64,000 nt of DNA from Acidobacteriota bacterium (lineage in GTDB: Bacteria; Acidobacteriota; UBA890; WLXD01). The first letter of the stretch is position 1, and each line of letters begins with the position of its first letter. The notes beneath the pieces are model-generated. The model was given only the letters and a program-made list of their open reading frames with translations. It had not been told where the DNA came from and did no database searches. Where the stretch lies: NCBI GenBank assembly GCA_965248695.1, contig CBDFKD010000002.1:4544001-4608000 (forward strand). Direction: 5' to 3'. Positions 17,871-28,071 of this stretch are shown one piece after another. The translations under genes were made by a program, and so were the position numbers.

Positions 17871-18953
17871 CTACAGAATGGTTCGGCCAGTCGATAGCAA
17901 CCCGCGCGCCGTGGCCAGCTCGGCGGCCAGGATCGCACCGCCGGCAGCACCCCGCACGGTGTTGTGCGCAAGGGCTACGAACTTGAAGTCGAGTACCGCA
18001 CATGGGCGCAGACGGCCCACGGACACGGTCATGCCGCCGCCCAGATCCCGGTGCAAGCGCGGTTGGGGGGAGGACGGATCGTTCAGATACTGTAGCGGAC
18101 GGCTCGGCGCCGAGGGGAGGTCGAGGTGCTGCGGCTCACCGCGGAACTGATCCCAGGCACGTCGCACGTCGTCCTCCGCGGCCGAGTCGCGCAATCGAAC
18201 CGAGACGCACGACGTGTGCCCGTCGATCACGGCGACGCGATTGCAAGCAGCGCTGATCGTGATCGAGGCCGGATCGATCCCATCCGGTCCAAGGACGCCG
18301 AGGATCTTGCGCGATTCGGTCTCGATCTTTTCCTCCTCGCCGTCGATGAGCGGCAGCACGTTGTCGAGCATCTGCAGGCTCGACACTCCCGGGAGCCCGG
18401 CGCCGGAGACCGCCTGCAACGTCACTACCGAGAAAGCCTCGACGCCGAACGCGTCGAACAGCGGCTTCAGTGCCAGCACGACGCCGATGGTCGAGCAATT
18501 GGGGTTGGTGATGATGGCACCGGAGTGCTGTTGCCTGCCGGCAAGGTCGAGGTGCTCCGGGTTGACCTCCGGGACCAGGAGCGGCACGTCGGCGACCATG
18601 CGGTGGTTCCTTGCATTGGACACAGTCAAGGTGCCGGCGGCAGCGAAGCGGGTCTCGATATCTCCGGCTACGCTCGAGGCGAGCGAGGAAAACGCCAGCG
18701 GACAGTCTTCGCGCGGCGCACACTTCTGTACCACCATCGCGGCGATTTCGGCGGGCAGGGGAGCGGACTGAACCCAGTTGGTGGCCTCGGCGTACGTTCT
18801 TCCGGCGGATCGGTCCGAGGCCATGAGCGCACGGATATCGAACCAGGGATGCTCTGCCAGCAGGCTGACGAAACGCTGGCCGACGCTTCCGGTCGCGCCG
18901 AGCACGGCGACCGGGATTCTTTCGCCGAAACCCAGGTCGTTCAGTGTCTTCAA
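17871..18953 (-). CDS. asd: Aspartate-semialdehyde dehydrogenase (archaeal/fungal-like type)
   Basis: VLGATGSVGQRF, VPEVN, TNPNCST, QAVSGAG, CNRVAVIDGH, HNTVRGAAG. Confidence 0.95.
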   Translation of the reverse strand: MKTLNDLGFGERIPVAVLGATGSVGQRFVSLLAEHPWFDIRALMASDRSAGRTYAEATNWVQSAPLPAEIAAMVVQKCAPREDCPLAFSSLASSVAGDIETRFAAAGTLTVSNARNHRMVADVPLLVPEVNPEHLDLAGRQQHSGAIITNPNCSTIGVVLALKPLFDAFGVEAFSVVTLQAVSGAGLPGVSSLQMLDNVLPLIDGEEEKIETESRKILGVLGPDGIDPASITISAACNRVAVIDGHTSCVSVRLRDSAAEDDVRRAWDQFRGEPQHLDLPSAPSRPLQYLNDPSSPQPRLHRDLGGGMTVSVGRLRPCAVLDFKFVALAHNTVRGAAGGAILAAELATARGLLSTGRTIL

Positions 18954-21400
18954 GGAAGATCTCCCTGTGGCGTGATGCTCGGCGGCTTCACCGAGGCGTC
19001 CGAGTCTCTCATTGCGTGCAGGATATCCACCAGCACACCGGCGGCCGTCACCTCTGTGCCGGCACCCGGTCCCTGTAGCACCAGCGGGGCATCACGGTAG
19101 CGCTCGGTCCAGAAGGCAAACAGGTTGTCGCGATCGCGCACCGCAGCGCAGGGATGATCCGCTGGAATCTCCTGCAGCCCGACCCTGGCGCCGCTGTCAT
19201 CCAGTGTCGCCAGATAGCAGAGGACCGCATCGCGTTGCGCGCATGCCGTCTGCCGCTCGGCAAAATGTGCATCGAGTGTGTCCAGCCCGTCCCAGAACGC
19301 GTCCAGCGTCGTCGCCGACAGGTCGGGATCGGGGAGCAGTGACTCCACCTGAACATCGGTGGGTTCCATCCTCCGGCCGGCGACCCGTGCCAAGATCAGC
19401 AGCTTGCGGGCGACGTCCATGCCGCTGAGATCCTCGCGAGGATCGGGCTCCGTATAACCGGCCTCGTGGGCCTGGCGGACCGCTGCGCTAAAGGCCTCGC
19501 CCCGTCGCAGACGGTCCATCAGGAAGCTCAGCGTGCCGGAGAAGGTGCCCTCGACCTTGAGCAGCCGATCGCCGCTGGCGACAAGATCGGTCAGCGTGCG
19601 GATCACCGGTAGCCCGGCGCCAACGGTCGCCTCGTGATAGAGCCGGCACTGCTTGCCGCCTGCGTCGCGAATTGTCTCCCAGGCATCGAGCGTCCCCGCC
19701 AGCGGCTTCTTGTTCGCGGTTGCCACGGCGACGCCGGCGTCAAGCAGCGGTGCGTACGCCTCGCCGATCTCGTCTGCCGCGGTGCAGTCGACGAACACCC
19801 GGCGTCCGCCCAGCCCGCAGGTCCAGTTGACGAGCTCGGTCAGATCCGTTGGTCGTTCGTCGGCCGCCTCGACCTGACCCTGGCCGGACGTCTTCATGCT
19901 GCGGCTGTTGGCGATCCCCACGACCACCAGACGAGGGTCGTTCGCGGCGGTCGCTCGCAGTTGTTCCAGTAGCGCCGACCCCACGCCGCCGGTGCCGACA
20001 ACGATGACTCGAGCCGTGCCACTGTCCTCGAACAGGCAACAATGCATGGACTCGAGGGCCCGACGTTCGTCGTCGCGACCGACCACCAGCGAGATGTTGA
20101 GCTCCGAGGAGCCCTGCGCGATCGCGTGGATGTTCACCCCACTGGCGCCGAGCGCGCTGCACAGCTTGCCGGCGATTCCCGGGGTGTGGCGCATGCCCTC
20201 TCCGACCGCCGCCAGAACCGAGAGGTCGTTCTCCACTACCAGGTCGTCGATCAGCCCGGCGCTGCGCTCCAAATGAAACTCGCGTTCGATGCGTTGACGA
20301 GCGGTCTCGATGGCGTCGGGTGCGATGGCGAAGCAGATGGAATGCTCGCTGGACGCCTGGCTGATCAGGATCACGTTGATCTCTGCATCAGCGAGCGCGC
20401 CGAACAGACGACCGGCGATCCCCGGCATGCCGAACATCCCGTCGCCCTCCAGGCGTACCAGACTGACGCGGTTGATCGACGAGATCCCACAGATGGCCCG
20501 CGGGCGTTGTGGACGCTCATTGTCGATGCGAGTGCCAGCGAAATCCGGGTTCAGGGTATTGCGAATCAGAAGCGGAACCGAAGCCTCGCGCGCCGGCCGG
20601 ACGGTGGGTGGGTACACCACCCGGGCTCCGAAATGTGACAGCTCCATGAGCTCTTCGTAGCTCAGATGCGAGATCGGTCGGGCGTCCTCCACCAGTCGCG
20701 GATCGGCACTCAGCACCCCGTCGACGTCGGTCCAGATCTCGATGACGTCGGCCCCCACCGCTGCTCCGGCCAGCGAAGCGGTCAGGTCCGAGCCACCCCT
20801 GCCCAGGGTCGAGGTCTTGCCGTCAGCGGTTGCGGCAATGAACCCGGTGAGCACGGGTACGTCGGCACTCCGGTCGAGGTGGTCGCGAAGCCGCCCGGCG
20901 GTGATCTCCGGCTCGACCGCCGCTGCTCCGAATCGTTCGTCGGTGACGATCAGCTGCCGCGCATCACATGCCGTTGCCACCAGACCTGCGCGCCGGAGTG
21001 CTGCGGCGACCAGCTCGACCGACAGCAGCTCGCCGGTCGAGAGGATCGAGTCGAGCGTTCTGGGGCTGCACTCTCCCACCAGCGCAACGCCGCGAAGACG
21101 GTCCCGCAGCTCGCTCAGCACCGAGCCCAGTCGCTGGCGCAAGGTACCTACGTCCCCGGCGTCCGCGAGGATCTGGAGAGCCTCGATGTGCCGTGATTCG
21201 ATCGCATCGCAGGTGGCGTCGAAGTCCGCGTCTTCGGCCGCCAGCTCCGACGCCGCCAGTAACGCGTCGGTAGTACCACCCATGGCGGATACCACCACGC
21301 AAACGCGGGTCTGGCTCGCGGTCTGGGCAATGATGCGCGCCACCGTCGCAATGTGCTCAGCGCTTTGCAGCGAGGTGCCGCCGAATTTGAGAATCTTCAT
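18950..21400 (-). CDS. thrA: Bifunctional aspartokinase/homoserine dehydrogenase
   Basis: MKILKFGGTS, VVVSAMGG, TLGRGGSD, DVDGVLSADPR, two ACT domains, ANKK, EATVGAGLP, EPDPREDLSGMDVARK, GPGAGTEVTAAGV. Confidence 0.95.
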   Translation of the reverse strand: MKILKFGGTSLQSAEHIATVARIIAQTASQTRVCVVVSAMGGTTDALLAASELAAEDADFDATCDAIESRHIEALQILADAGDVGTLRQRLGSVLSELRDRLRGVALVGECSPRTLDSILSTGELLSVELVAAALRRAGLVATACDARQLIVTDERFGAAAVEPEITAGRLRDHLDRSADVPVLTGFIAATADGKTSTLGRGGSDLTASLAGAAVGADVIEIWTDVDGVLSADPRLVEDARPISHLSYEELMELSHFGARVVYPPTVRPAREASVPLLIRNTLNPDFAGTRIDNERPQRPRAICGISSINRVSLVRLEGDGMFGMPGIAGRLFGALADAEINVILISQASSEHSICFAIAPDAIETARQRIEREFHLERSAGLIDDLVVENDLSVLAAVGEGMRHTPGIAGKLCSALGASGVNIHAIAQGSSELNISLVVGRDDERRALESMHCCLFEDSGTARVIVVGTGGVGSALLEQLRATAANDPRLVVVGIANSRSMKTSGQGQVEAADERPTDLTELVNWTCGLGGRRVFVDCTAADEIGEAYAPLLDAGVAVATANKKPLAGTLDAWETIRDAGGKQCRLYHEATVGAGLPVIRTLTDLVASGDRLLKVEGTFSGTLSFLMDRLRRGEAFSAAVRQAHEAGYTEPDPREDLSGMDVARKLLILARVAGRRMEPTDVQVESLLPDPDLSATTLDAFWDGLDTLDAHFAERQTACAQRDAVLCYLATLDDSGARVGLQEIPADHPCAAVRDRDNLFAFWTERYRDAPLVLQGPGAGTEVTAAGVLVDILHAMRDSDASVKPPSITPQGDLP

Positions 21401-21429
21401 TCCAACAGTCCGGGTCGTTGACGCCGGGC

Positions 21430-21963
21430 TCAGTAGACGCGTCGGTACTCGCCGTCGAATACCGTGCTCCAGCTGGCGCCGCCGTCGGTGCTTTGCTCCC
21501 AGTGCTGTCGAACGTGACCGCTCTCGAGAGGCGTCCAGGTGATGCGGCTCGTGCCATCGGCGGCGACCATGCGCATGCTGCCGTTCTCGATGCCACCGTT
21601 GATGTAGAGCGGCGCCCCGGCTACGTCGATCCAGGTCTGATGCCACCTGCCGCTGCCGGCGTCGTAGAAGTTGTAGCTCGAGCCGCGGTGCCCGGTGCCG
21701 CCGCGCCAGCTCTCGTGCAACGCACAGCCACCCAGGACCTTGTCGATACGGTTGCTACCGACGCGCTGACCCTGGGGGCCGTAGACCTCCCAATCGCCGA
21801 TCCAGAAATCGAACTGGCGGTGCTCCGGCGTGGAGCAGGGTCGCTGTTGTTGCTGCTGTTCCAAGGCTGTCGGTGAGCTCGGGGCGCCAACGCCCTGCGG
21901 ATTGGCAGGGGCGGCGGCCATCAGGATGGCAATTCCGATCAGGGCGGTGCGTCGAATCTGCAT
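21430..21963 (-). CDS. Secreted hypothetical protein (beta-barrel-like, CxxPEHRQFDFWIGDW type)
   Basis: Signal peptide; RQFDFWIGDWEV, WHQTWID, QHWEQSTDGGASWSTVFDGEY. Confidence 0.8.
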   Translation of the reverse strand: MQIRRTALIGIAILMAAAPANPQGVGAPSSPTALEQQQQQRPCSTPEHRQFDFWIGDWEVYGPQGQRVGSNRIDKVLGGCALHESWRGGTGHRGSSYNFYDAGSGRWHQTWIDVAGAPLYINGGIENGSMRMVAADGTSRITWTPLESGHVRQHWEQSTDGGASWSTVFDGEYRRVY

Positions 21964-21999
21964 ATTGCTGGTCTCGTGGGGGATTGAGGTTGTCGGCGT

Positions 22000-22131
22000 C
22001 TACGACGCCATGCCTTTGTCTTGCAGCTCTTTCTCGGCGTCGGGTGACTTCGAAAGGGCCGCTAGCCGCATCCCCCGAAGAACCCCCGACGTCTTGCTGA
22101 ACTGAATGTTGCCGTACTCCACGATCTGCAC
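22000..22131 (-). CDS. Possible 43-aa small protein or gene remnant
   Basis: AGGAG RBS 6 nt before GTG 22131; MQIVEYGNIQFSKTSGVLRGMRLAALSKSPDAEKELQDKGMAS. Confidence 0.3.
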   Translation of the reverse strand: MQIVEYGNIQFSKTSGVLRGMRLAALSKSPDAEKELQDKGMAS

Positions 22132-22326
22132 ACGGTTCTCCTCTCTCAAGGCATCTCCCTGCATGAGGCAGTGAAGCCTATCACCGCTCCTGTGCCGTTC
22201 CGGTCGCGCGGGCGATGTGCTAGCGTCGGCCCAGCCACGGGGCTCGGTCGGGCCTGAACACCTTCGCTGTCGGGCTTGTCGAGCGGTGTTTTGCTGCTCC
22301 CGCCCCGCGAGGACCAGGAGGCCGCG

Positions 22327-24318
22327 ATGAAGTTCACCGACCGCGAGCTGGGCATGGGCCGCGCCATCACCCGTCGCGACTTTCTCAACGGTGCCAGCGT
22401 CGCAATCGGTAGCGCTGGAGCGATCGGGGCGGCGGTCCCGGGGAACGCTCACGCTGCAAACGGCCCGAGTAGCAGTGCGCCCGCACGACGCCGTGTCCAG
22501 GCGGACGGCGAGCACTATCCGCCCGGGTTGACCGGGATGCGCGGTAGCCACGAGGGGTCGTTCGAGGTGGCGCACGAGATGCGCTACGGCAAGACCTGGG
22601 ACCAGCCTGAAGACACAGGCGAGGTGTACGACCTGATCGTGGTTGGCGGCGGCCTGAGCGGCCTGGCAGCGGCGTTCTACTTCCGCAAGGCGCTGCCCGA
22701 ATCAAAGGTGCTGGTGCTCGACAACCACGACGACTTCGGCGGCCATGCGAAGCGCAACGAGGTCATGGTCAACGGACACCAGGTGATCGGCACCGGGGGC
22801 ACCTCCTACATCACCGGTGCGTATACGCCCGAGGGTGAGACTTTGCTCGAGGAGATCGGCATCGATCCCGAGCGCTTCCACAAGCTCGGCGGCGAGCGCG
22901 GCGTGCTGGCCCGCGAGTACGGCCTGCAGAACGCGGTGTTCTTCGACGAGGAGAACTTCGGCGAGGATCGACTCACGGTGGGCGTGCCGGGGCGACGCGC
23001 CAGCGGAGCGGCGCCGCTGCCGTGGTCGGAGTTTCTGGCCAAGACACCGCTTCCGCCGCAGGCGCAGAAAGACATCGCCGATCTCTACGGCGACGCGCGC
23101 GACTACATGCCGGGGGTGACGCTCGAGGAGAAGATCCGTCGGCTCAAGAAGATGAGCTACAAGGACTTCCTGCTCGACGTCGTTGGGGTGGATGAGAGCG
23201 TCGTCAAGTATTTCTGGCACAGCCCGGACTCCAACGGTGTCGCCGGTATCGACACCCAGAGCGCCTGGGGTGCGTTCCGATCAGGATGGGTCCCAGGACT
23301 CGACGCGATGGGTCTCGAACGTCCGCCGCGCAACTGGCTCGAGGGAAGGGACAACCCGTGGGAGGGAATCAAGTTCCCGGACGGCAACGCCGGGATCGCC
23401 CGGCTGATCGTTCGCTGGCTGATCCCGGGCTCGCTCCCCGGCAGCACCATGGAGGACTCGGTCGCCACGCACGTCCGTTACGGGGAGCTCGACAAGGCGT
23501 CCAATCCGGTACGCATCCGTCTGAGCAGCACGGTGGTCAACGCCCGACACCGCGGCGAGCGGCGCACCGCCGGTGAGGTCGAGGTGACCTACGTGCAGGA
23601 CGGCAAGGCGCGCCGTGTCCGCGGCGGCACCTGCGTCATGGCCTGCTACAACGCCATGATCCCGTACCTGTGCCCCGAGATTCCGGAGGAACAGAAGACA
23701 GCGCTGAAGTGGGCCGTGCGCAAGCCCTACGTCGAGACCAACGTCGTGCTACGCAACTGGCGAGCGTTTCACGAGCTCGGCATCGCCCGCATCAGCTGTC
23801 CGATGGGCTACCACCAGTCGATTTCGCTCACCGACTGGGCTCCGAGCATCGGCGACTACACACGCCCCGGAGACCCCGAGGACCCGATGATGCTGCACCT
23901 GTCGTTCGTGCCGGTCCAACCGGGATTGCCCTCCAAGGACCAATTCCGCGCCGGTCGCGAGAAGCTGCTAGCGACGACTTTCGAGACCGTCGAGCGCAAC
24001 ACCCGGGATCAGCTGGCCCGTGCGCTGGACGGTAGCGGGTTCGATCCGGCGCGCGACATCGAGGCGATGATCTGCAACCGCTGGCCGCACGGCTACGCGG
24101 GCGCTGCGAACGATCTGTACGATCCTGAGTACGGCTACGACGAGGCTCCGTGGGTTGTAGGGCGCGAGCGCTTTGGCCGCATCACGGTGGCCAACTCGGA
24201 TGCCGCCGCAATTTGCCTCACTCAGGCGGCGTTCGACCAGGCGCACCGTGCCGTGCAGGAGCTGATCACCGACGTAATCCGCCCGGAGTTCCAGTATCCG
24301 TGGGCGGAAAGGACCTGA
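22327..24318 (+). CDS. Tat-exported FAD-dependent oxidoreductase, spermidine dehydrogenase (SpdH)-like
   Basis: AGGAGG RBS; ITRRDFLNG Tat motif; YPPGLTGMRGSH, VVGGGLSG, DNHDDFGGHAKRNE, FPDGNA, NRWPHGYA. Confidence 0.88.
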   Translation: MKFTDRELGMGRAITRRDFLNGASVAIGSAGAIGAAVPGNAHAANGPSSSAPARRRVQADGEHYPPGLTGMRGSHEGSFEVAHEMRYGKTWDQPEDTGEVYDLIVVGGGLSGLAAAFYFRKALPESKVLVLDNHDDFGGHAKRNEVMVNGHQVIGTGGTSYITGAYTPEGETLLEEIGIDPERFHKLGGERGVLAREYGLQNAVFFDEENFGEDRLTVGVPGRRASGAAPLPWSEFLAKTPLPPQAQKDIADLYGDARDYMPGVTLEEKIRRLKKMSYKDFLLDVVGVDESVVKYFWHSPDSNGVAGIDTQSAWGAFRSGWVPGLDAMGLERPPRNWLEGRDNPWEGIKFPDGNAGIARLIVRWLIPGSLPGSTMEDSVATHVRYGELDKASNPVRIRLSSTVVNARHRGERRTAGEVEVTYVQDGKARRVRGGTCVMACYNAMIPYLCPEIPEEQKTALKWAVRKPYVETNVVLRNWRAFHELGIARISCPMGYHQSISLTDWAPSIGDYTRPGDPEDPMMLHLSFVPVQPGLPSKDQFRAGREKLLATTFETVERNTRDQLARALDGSGFDPARDIEAMICNRWPHGYAGAANDLYDPEYGYDEAPWVVGRERFGRITVANSDAAAICLTQAAFDQAHRAVQELITDVIRPEFQYPWAERT

Positions 24319-24397
24319 TCGATTCATCCACTGCTACTGGACGATATGTAGCCTCGGAGGTACCGTCAGGGCACGTGCTAACCAGAGGTGAGGTGAA

Positions 24398-26797
24398 ATG
24401 GCTGACTACAAGCTGCTAGGCAAGAACTACACCCCCCCGGATCTGGTTGCCAAGGTCCAGGGAAAGGCGAAATATGCCGAGGACTTTCGCGCCGAAGGGA
24501 TGCTGTTTGCCAAGCTGTTGGTCAGCCCGATGCCGCACGCGCGCGTCCGTAGCATCGATGCCAGTCGAGCGCTGGCGATGCCTGGCGTGGAAGGGGTTCT
24601 GACGGCTGACGATCTGCCAGAGGTGGCACCACACATCGAGGCGGCACTCAGCAACGAGCCGTTGTATGAGGGTGCGCCGGTCCTGGCCGTCGCGGCCGTG
24701 GATGAGACCACGGCGGCCGACGCTATCGAGCGCATCGATGTCGATTTCGAGCCGCTGCCGTTCGTCATCGATCCGCTGGATAGCTTGCGTCCAAACGGCA
24801 TCAACGCGCGCTCCGAGGGCAACGTCTATGGCGGTCGCGAGTTCCACACGCTCAAGTGGACGGACGAGGATTTCGCCGAGGCCGACGAGGACCGCCTCCC
24901 GATGGGCGAGGCGTTCTATGAGTTCACGAACGGCGATCTGGAAGAGGGGTTCGCCATTGCCGATCTGGTGTACGACGAGACGATCTCGCACCAGTCGCTG
25001 ACGCATCATCCGCTCGAGCCTCGCAGCGCCATGGCCTACTGGCAGAACGGCAAGCTCTACCTGCACGCCTCGACGCAGAGCACCGCAAACAGCGCTCCGG
25101 GGTCAGCGAGGGCGTGCGGCGTCGATCCGGCAGATTTGGTGCTGATCGCCGAGTACTGCGGCGGTGGCTTCGGCAGCAAGATCGGCGGGTCGGTCAACCT
25201 TCCGGTGGTGTCGCTGCTGTCCCAGCAGACCGGTCGGCCGGTGATGCTGCGGGTGACGCGCGCCGAGGAGAACTACTTCGGCATGGCGCGCTGTGGCTTC
25301 CAGGGCCGCGTCAAGATGGGGTTCCGGGCCGACGGTCGCGTGACGGCGCTGGACTACTACGTCGTGCAGGACAACGGGCCGTATCGCGGTGAGGTGGACT
25401 ACTGGATCGCCGCCGAGATGGCGTCGGTCACCTACACGCCGCTTTCGATGCGCTTCCGCGCCGTCCCCGTGGTCACCAACACGCCACCGCGCGCGGCGCA
25501 GCGCGCCCCGGGTGGCGTGCAGGCGACGGCGATGCTTGAGCCGGTGGTCGATCGGGCGGCACGCGAACTGGGGATCGATCGACTGGAGATTCGGCGTGTC
25601 AACGCGCCCGTGGCTGCAAGCAAGTTCGGCTCAGGGCAGGGGACCCTGTCGAGCGTCTACGCAGTGGAGGCAATCGATCGCGGCGTCGAGTTGTTCGACT
25701 GGGAAGCACAGAAGCAGCTCAGCGGTCAACGGAACGGCACCAAGGCGATCGGCACAGGCGTGGTGCTGAGCCCGTTCTACGCCGGGAGCAGCGGATGGGA
25801 TGCGCTTCTGCTCATCCGTCCGGACGGCAAGCTGTACGTCCATCAGGGGGTCGGCAACCTCGGCACCCACTCGACGTTCGATACGGCGCGTACGGCCGCC
25901 GAGGTGCTGGATCTTCCCTGGGAGCAGTGCGAGGTGGTCTGGGGCAGCACCGGCCGGCATCTTCCGAATACGGCGTCGCAGTCCGGCAGCCAGACGACCT
26001 GGGCGCACAGCCGCGCCAACTACGTGGCGGCGCTCCATGCCAAAGCCTTGCTGCAGGAGATCGCGGCGCGTGATCTCGGCGGTTCGCCGGCTGACTATGA
26101 AGTCGGTGACGGTAGGGTCTTCGCGCGGGGGAATCGCAGTCGCGGACTCGACTTCGCGCGTGCTGCGGCCCGTGCCATCGAACTGGGCGGCAAGTACAGC
26201 GGTCACGAGTACCCGGAAGATCTCAACGAGATGACGGTACGGTCCGTCGAGGCACTGGCCGGCGAGGGCTTGATCGCGGCGACCAAGGACACCCTGCCGC
26301 ACGAGGGCAGCACGCTCTCCTTCGTCGTCGGGTTCGCACGCGTCGAGGTCGACACCGAGACCGGTCACGTGGACATCGTCGACTATCGATGCGTCGCCGA
26401 TTGCGGCACCGTGATGCACCCGCGCGCCCTGGGAGCACAACTGCTCGGCGGCGCCATTCAGGGCTTCGGCGTCGCCCGTAGCCACAAGTGGGTGTATGAC
26501 CCCAAGTGGGGCGTACCCTTCACCAAGGGCTTCCACGCCTCAAAGCCGCCGACGATGCTGGACGTGCCGCTGGACATGCAATGGGAGGCGGTCGGACTGC
26601 CGGATCCTTCCAACCCCGTCGGGGCCAAGGGAATCGGTGAGGCCGCCATGCCGGCCGGCGCCGCAGCGGTAGCCTGCGCAATCCAGGACGCCATCGGCGG
26701 CGCGGTGTTCAACCGCACACCGATCACTACCGATATGGTGCTGGCAGCGCTGCAGGAAGAGCGCCAGCCACACGCAGCGCTTACCCAGCACGTGTAG
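24398..26797 (+). CDS. Xanthine dehydrogenase family molybdopterin-binding large subunit
   Basis: SPMPHAR, HHPLEP, GGGFGSK, RAPGG, AQLLGGAIQG, GAKGIGE. Confidence 0.93.
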   Translation: MADYKLLGKNYTPPDLVAKVQGKAKYAEDFRAEGMLFAKLLVSPMPHARVRSIDASRALAMPGVEGVLTADDLPEVAPHIEAALSNEPLYEGAPVLAVAAVDETTAADAIERIDVDFEPLPFVIDPLDSLRPNGINARSEGNVYGGREFHTLKWTDEDFAEADEDRLPMGEAFYEFTNGDLEEGFAIADLVYDETISHQSLTHHPLEPRSAMAYWQNGKLYLHASTQSTANSAPGSARACGVDPADLVLIAEYCGGGFGSKIGGSVNLPVVSLLSQQTGRPVMLRVTRAEENYFGMARCGFQGRVKMGFRADGRVTALDYYVVQDNGPYRGEVDYWIAAEMASVTYTPLSMRFRAVPVVTNTPPRAAQRAPGGVQATAMLEPVVDRAARELGIDRLEIRRVNAPVAASKFGSGQGTLSSVYAVEAIDRGVELFDWEAQKQLSGQRNGTKAIGTGVVLSPFYAGSSGWDALLLIRPDGKLYVHQGVGNLGTHSTFDTARTAAEVLDLPWEQCEVVWGSTGRHLPNTASQSGSQTTWAHSRANYVAALHAKALLQEIAARDLGGSPADYEVGDGRVFARGNRSRGLDFARAAARAIELGGKYSGHEYPEDLNEMTVRSVEALAGEGLIAATKDTLPHEGSTLSFVVGFARVEVDTETGHVDIVDYRCVADCGTVMHPRALGAQLLGGAIQGFGVARSHKWVYDPKWGVPFTKGFHASKPPTMLDVPLDMQWEAVGLPDPSNPVGAKGIGEAAMPAGAAAVACAIQDAIGGAVFNRTPITTDMVLAALQEERQPHAALTQHV

Positions 26798-26845
26798 TAA
26801 CGAAGCTCGATCCGATGCGGCCGTGGGGCCGCAGCCAGTGCCTCG

Positions 26846-28027
26846 CTAGCGCGGTACGTCCTGTGCCGCGGTCGGAAGGAGCCCGTTGTCGCGTAGGTGA
26901 TCGGCGGTGTGGCGCGCGCGTAGCGCGTTGCCCGAGGCGCTGAAATGATAGCCGTCCACGAAGTAGCGCTCCTCGTCGGGCATGATCTCCGCCAGATCGA
27001 ACAACGTAGCGCCGCTAGCCGCAGCGATTGATCGGACCACACCGTTCTGCTCCGCCACCGCCGCTTGGTACTCCGGCGTTCCCAGGCGCAATTGCCCGAC
27101 CAGGGAGGGCGCATAGGCGAAGGTCGTGAGCACGACCGCGACCTCGGTGGCAGCAGCGACACTGACCAGGCTGCGTAGGTTGCGCTCGAAGTGCCGGGGG
27201 CCGTTGCGGGTCAGCATCTCGCTGGCAGCGGTCGCCTCGAACACACCTTCAGGGTAGCGGCCGTCTCGAACCTGCACCCAGAAATCCAACGAGCGGTCGG
27301 ACTCGGGAGGTGAACCGAAGGCCCGGCGCAGCGACGTTTGCGGCTCCGTCAGACCGAGCCTCAACATCAAGCCCCGCACCAGGGTGCTGTGCTCCCACAG
27401 CGACGGCGTTCGGCCCTCCCACGACAGCCCGTTGTGGCCGGAATTGTCGCCTCGGAAGGCATTGGCAGGCCACACGAGCCGCGGGTGCACGTCGTTGAAT
27501 CCGTGGTACACGACGACCACGTCCGGCGCCAGATCCAGGATGCGCGATTGGAAGTTGATCAACGACTCGAGCGTGCCGTAGCCGGGCACGCCGGCGTTGA
27601 TCACCTCTACAGCCGGGCCGCGCTCGTTGAGCGCAAGCTCGAGCAGGCGCGGGTACGACTGCCGGTAGTCGTCGACACCGTCGGAGTAGACCGTCGATCC
27701 GCCGATACACACGATCCGGAACCCTGTCGGCGGCTTCTCCCCGATCTCGTCGCCGCGAAAACCCAGCGAGCTGTGCCGGTTTGCGCCTCGTAGGTAATTC
27801 GGCGTCGGAACGTAGCCGAGGTAGCGGTGGGGTAAGAACTTGGGCCGCGTGTCCGATCGGCTCATCGCCTGCTGGATCGACGCATACCATGTCACCTGCT
27901 CCGGGCTGGCGACGTAGCGAAGGAGGAGTCGCGCCGACACCTCTACTATGATGAATCCCATCGCAGCCGAGAAACAGACGAGAAAGAGCCGTGCCAGGAG
28001 GCGTTCGAGGCGGGCCTGGTCGCACAT
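26846..28027 (-). CDS. SGNH/GDSL hydrolase family protein with N-terminal membrane anchor
   Basis: IGGSTVY, VINAGVPGY, YHGFND, FVDGYHFSASGN blocks; start uncertain. Confidence 0.85.
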   Translation of the reverse strand: MCDQARLERLLARLFLVCFSAAMGFIIVEVSARLLLRYVASPEQVTWYASIQQAMSRSDTRPKFLPHRYLGYVPTPNYLRGANRHSSLGFRGDEIGEKPPTGFRIVCIGGSTVYSDGVDDYRQSYPRLLELALNERGPAVEVINAGVPGYGTLESLINFQSRILDLAPDVVVVYHGFNDVHPRLVWPANAFRGDNSGHNGLSWEGRTPSLWEHSTLVRGLMLRLGLTEPQTSLRRAFGSPPESDRSLDFWVQVRDGRYPEGVFEATAASEMLTRNGPRHFERNLRSLVSVAAATEVAVVLTTFAYAPSLVGQLRLGTPEYQAAVAEQNGVVRSIAAASGATLFDLAEIMPDEERYFVDGYHFSASGNALRARHTADHLRDNGLLPTAAQDVPR

Positions 28028-28071
28028 CGCGGGAGCTCCAGAGTCGAGTGAAACGGTCGTTGCCAAAGTCA

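Noticed and set aside
21400-22131. Threonine attenuator leader upstream of thrA
   Set aside because: No Thr/Ile-rich leader or terminator; a normal CDS ends 29 nt upstream.
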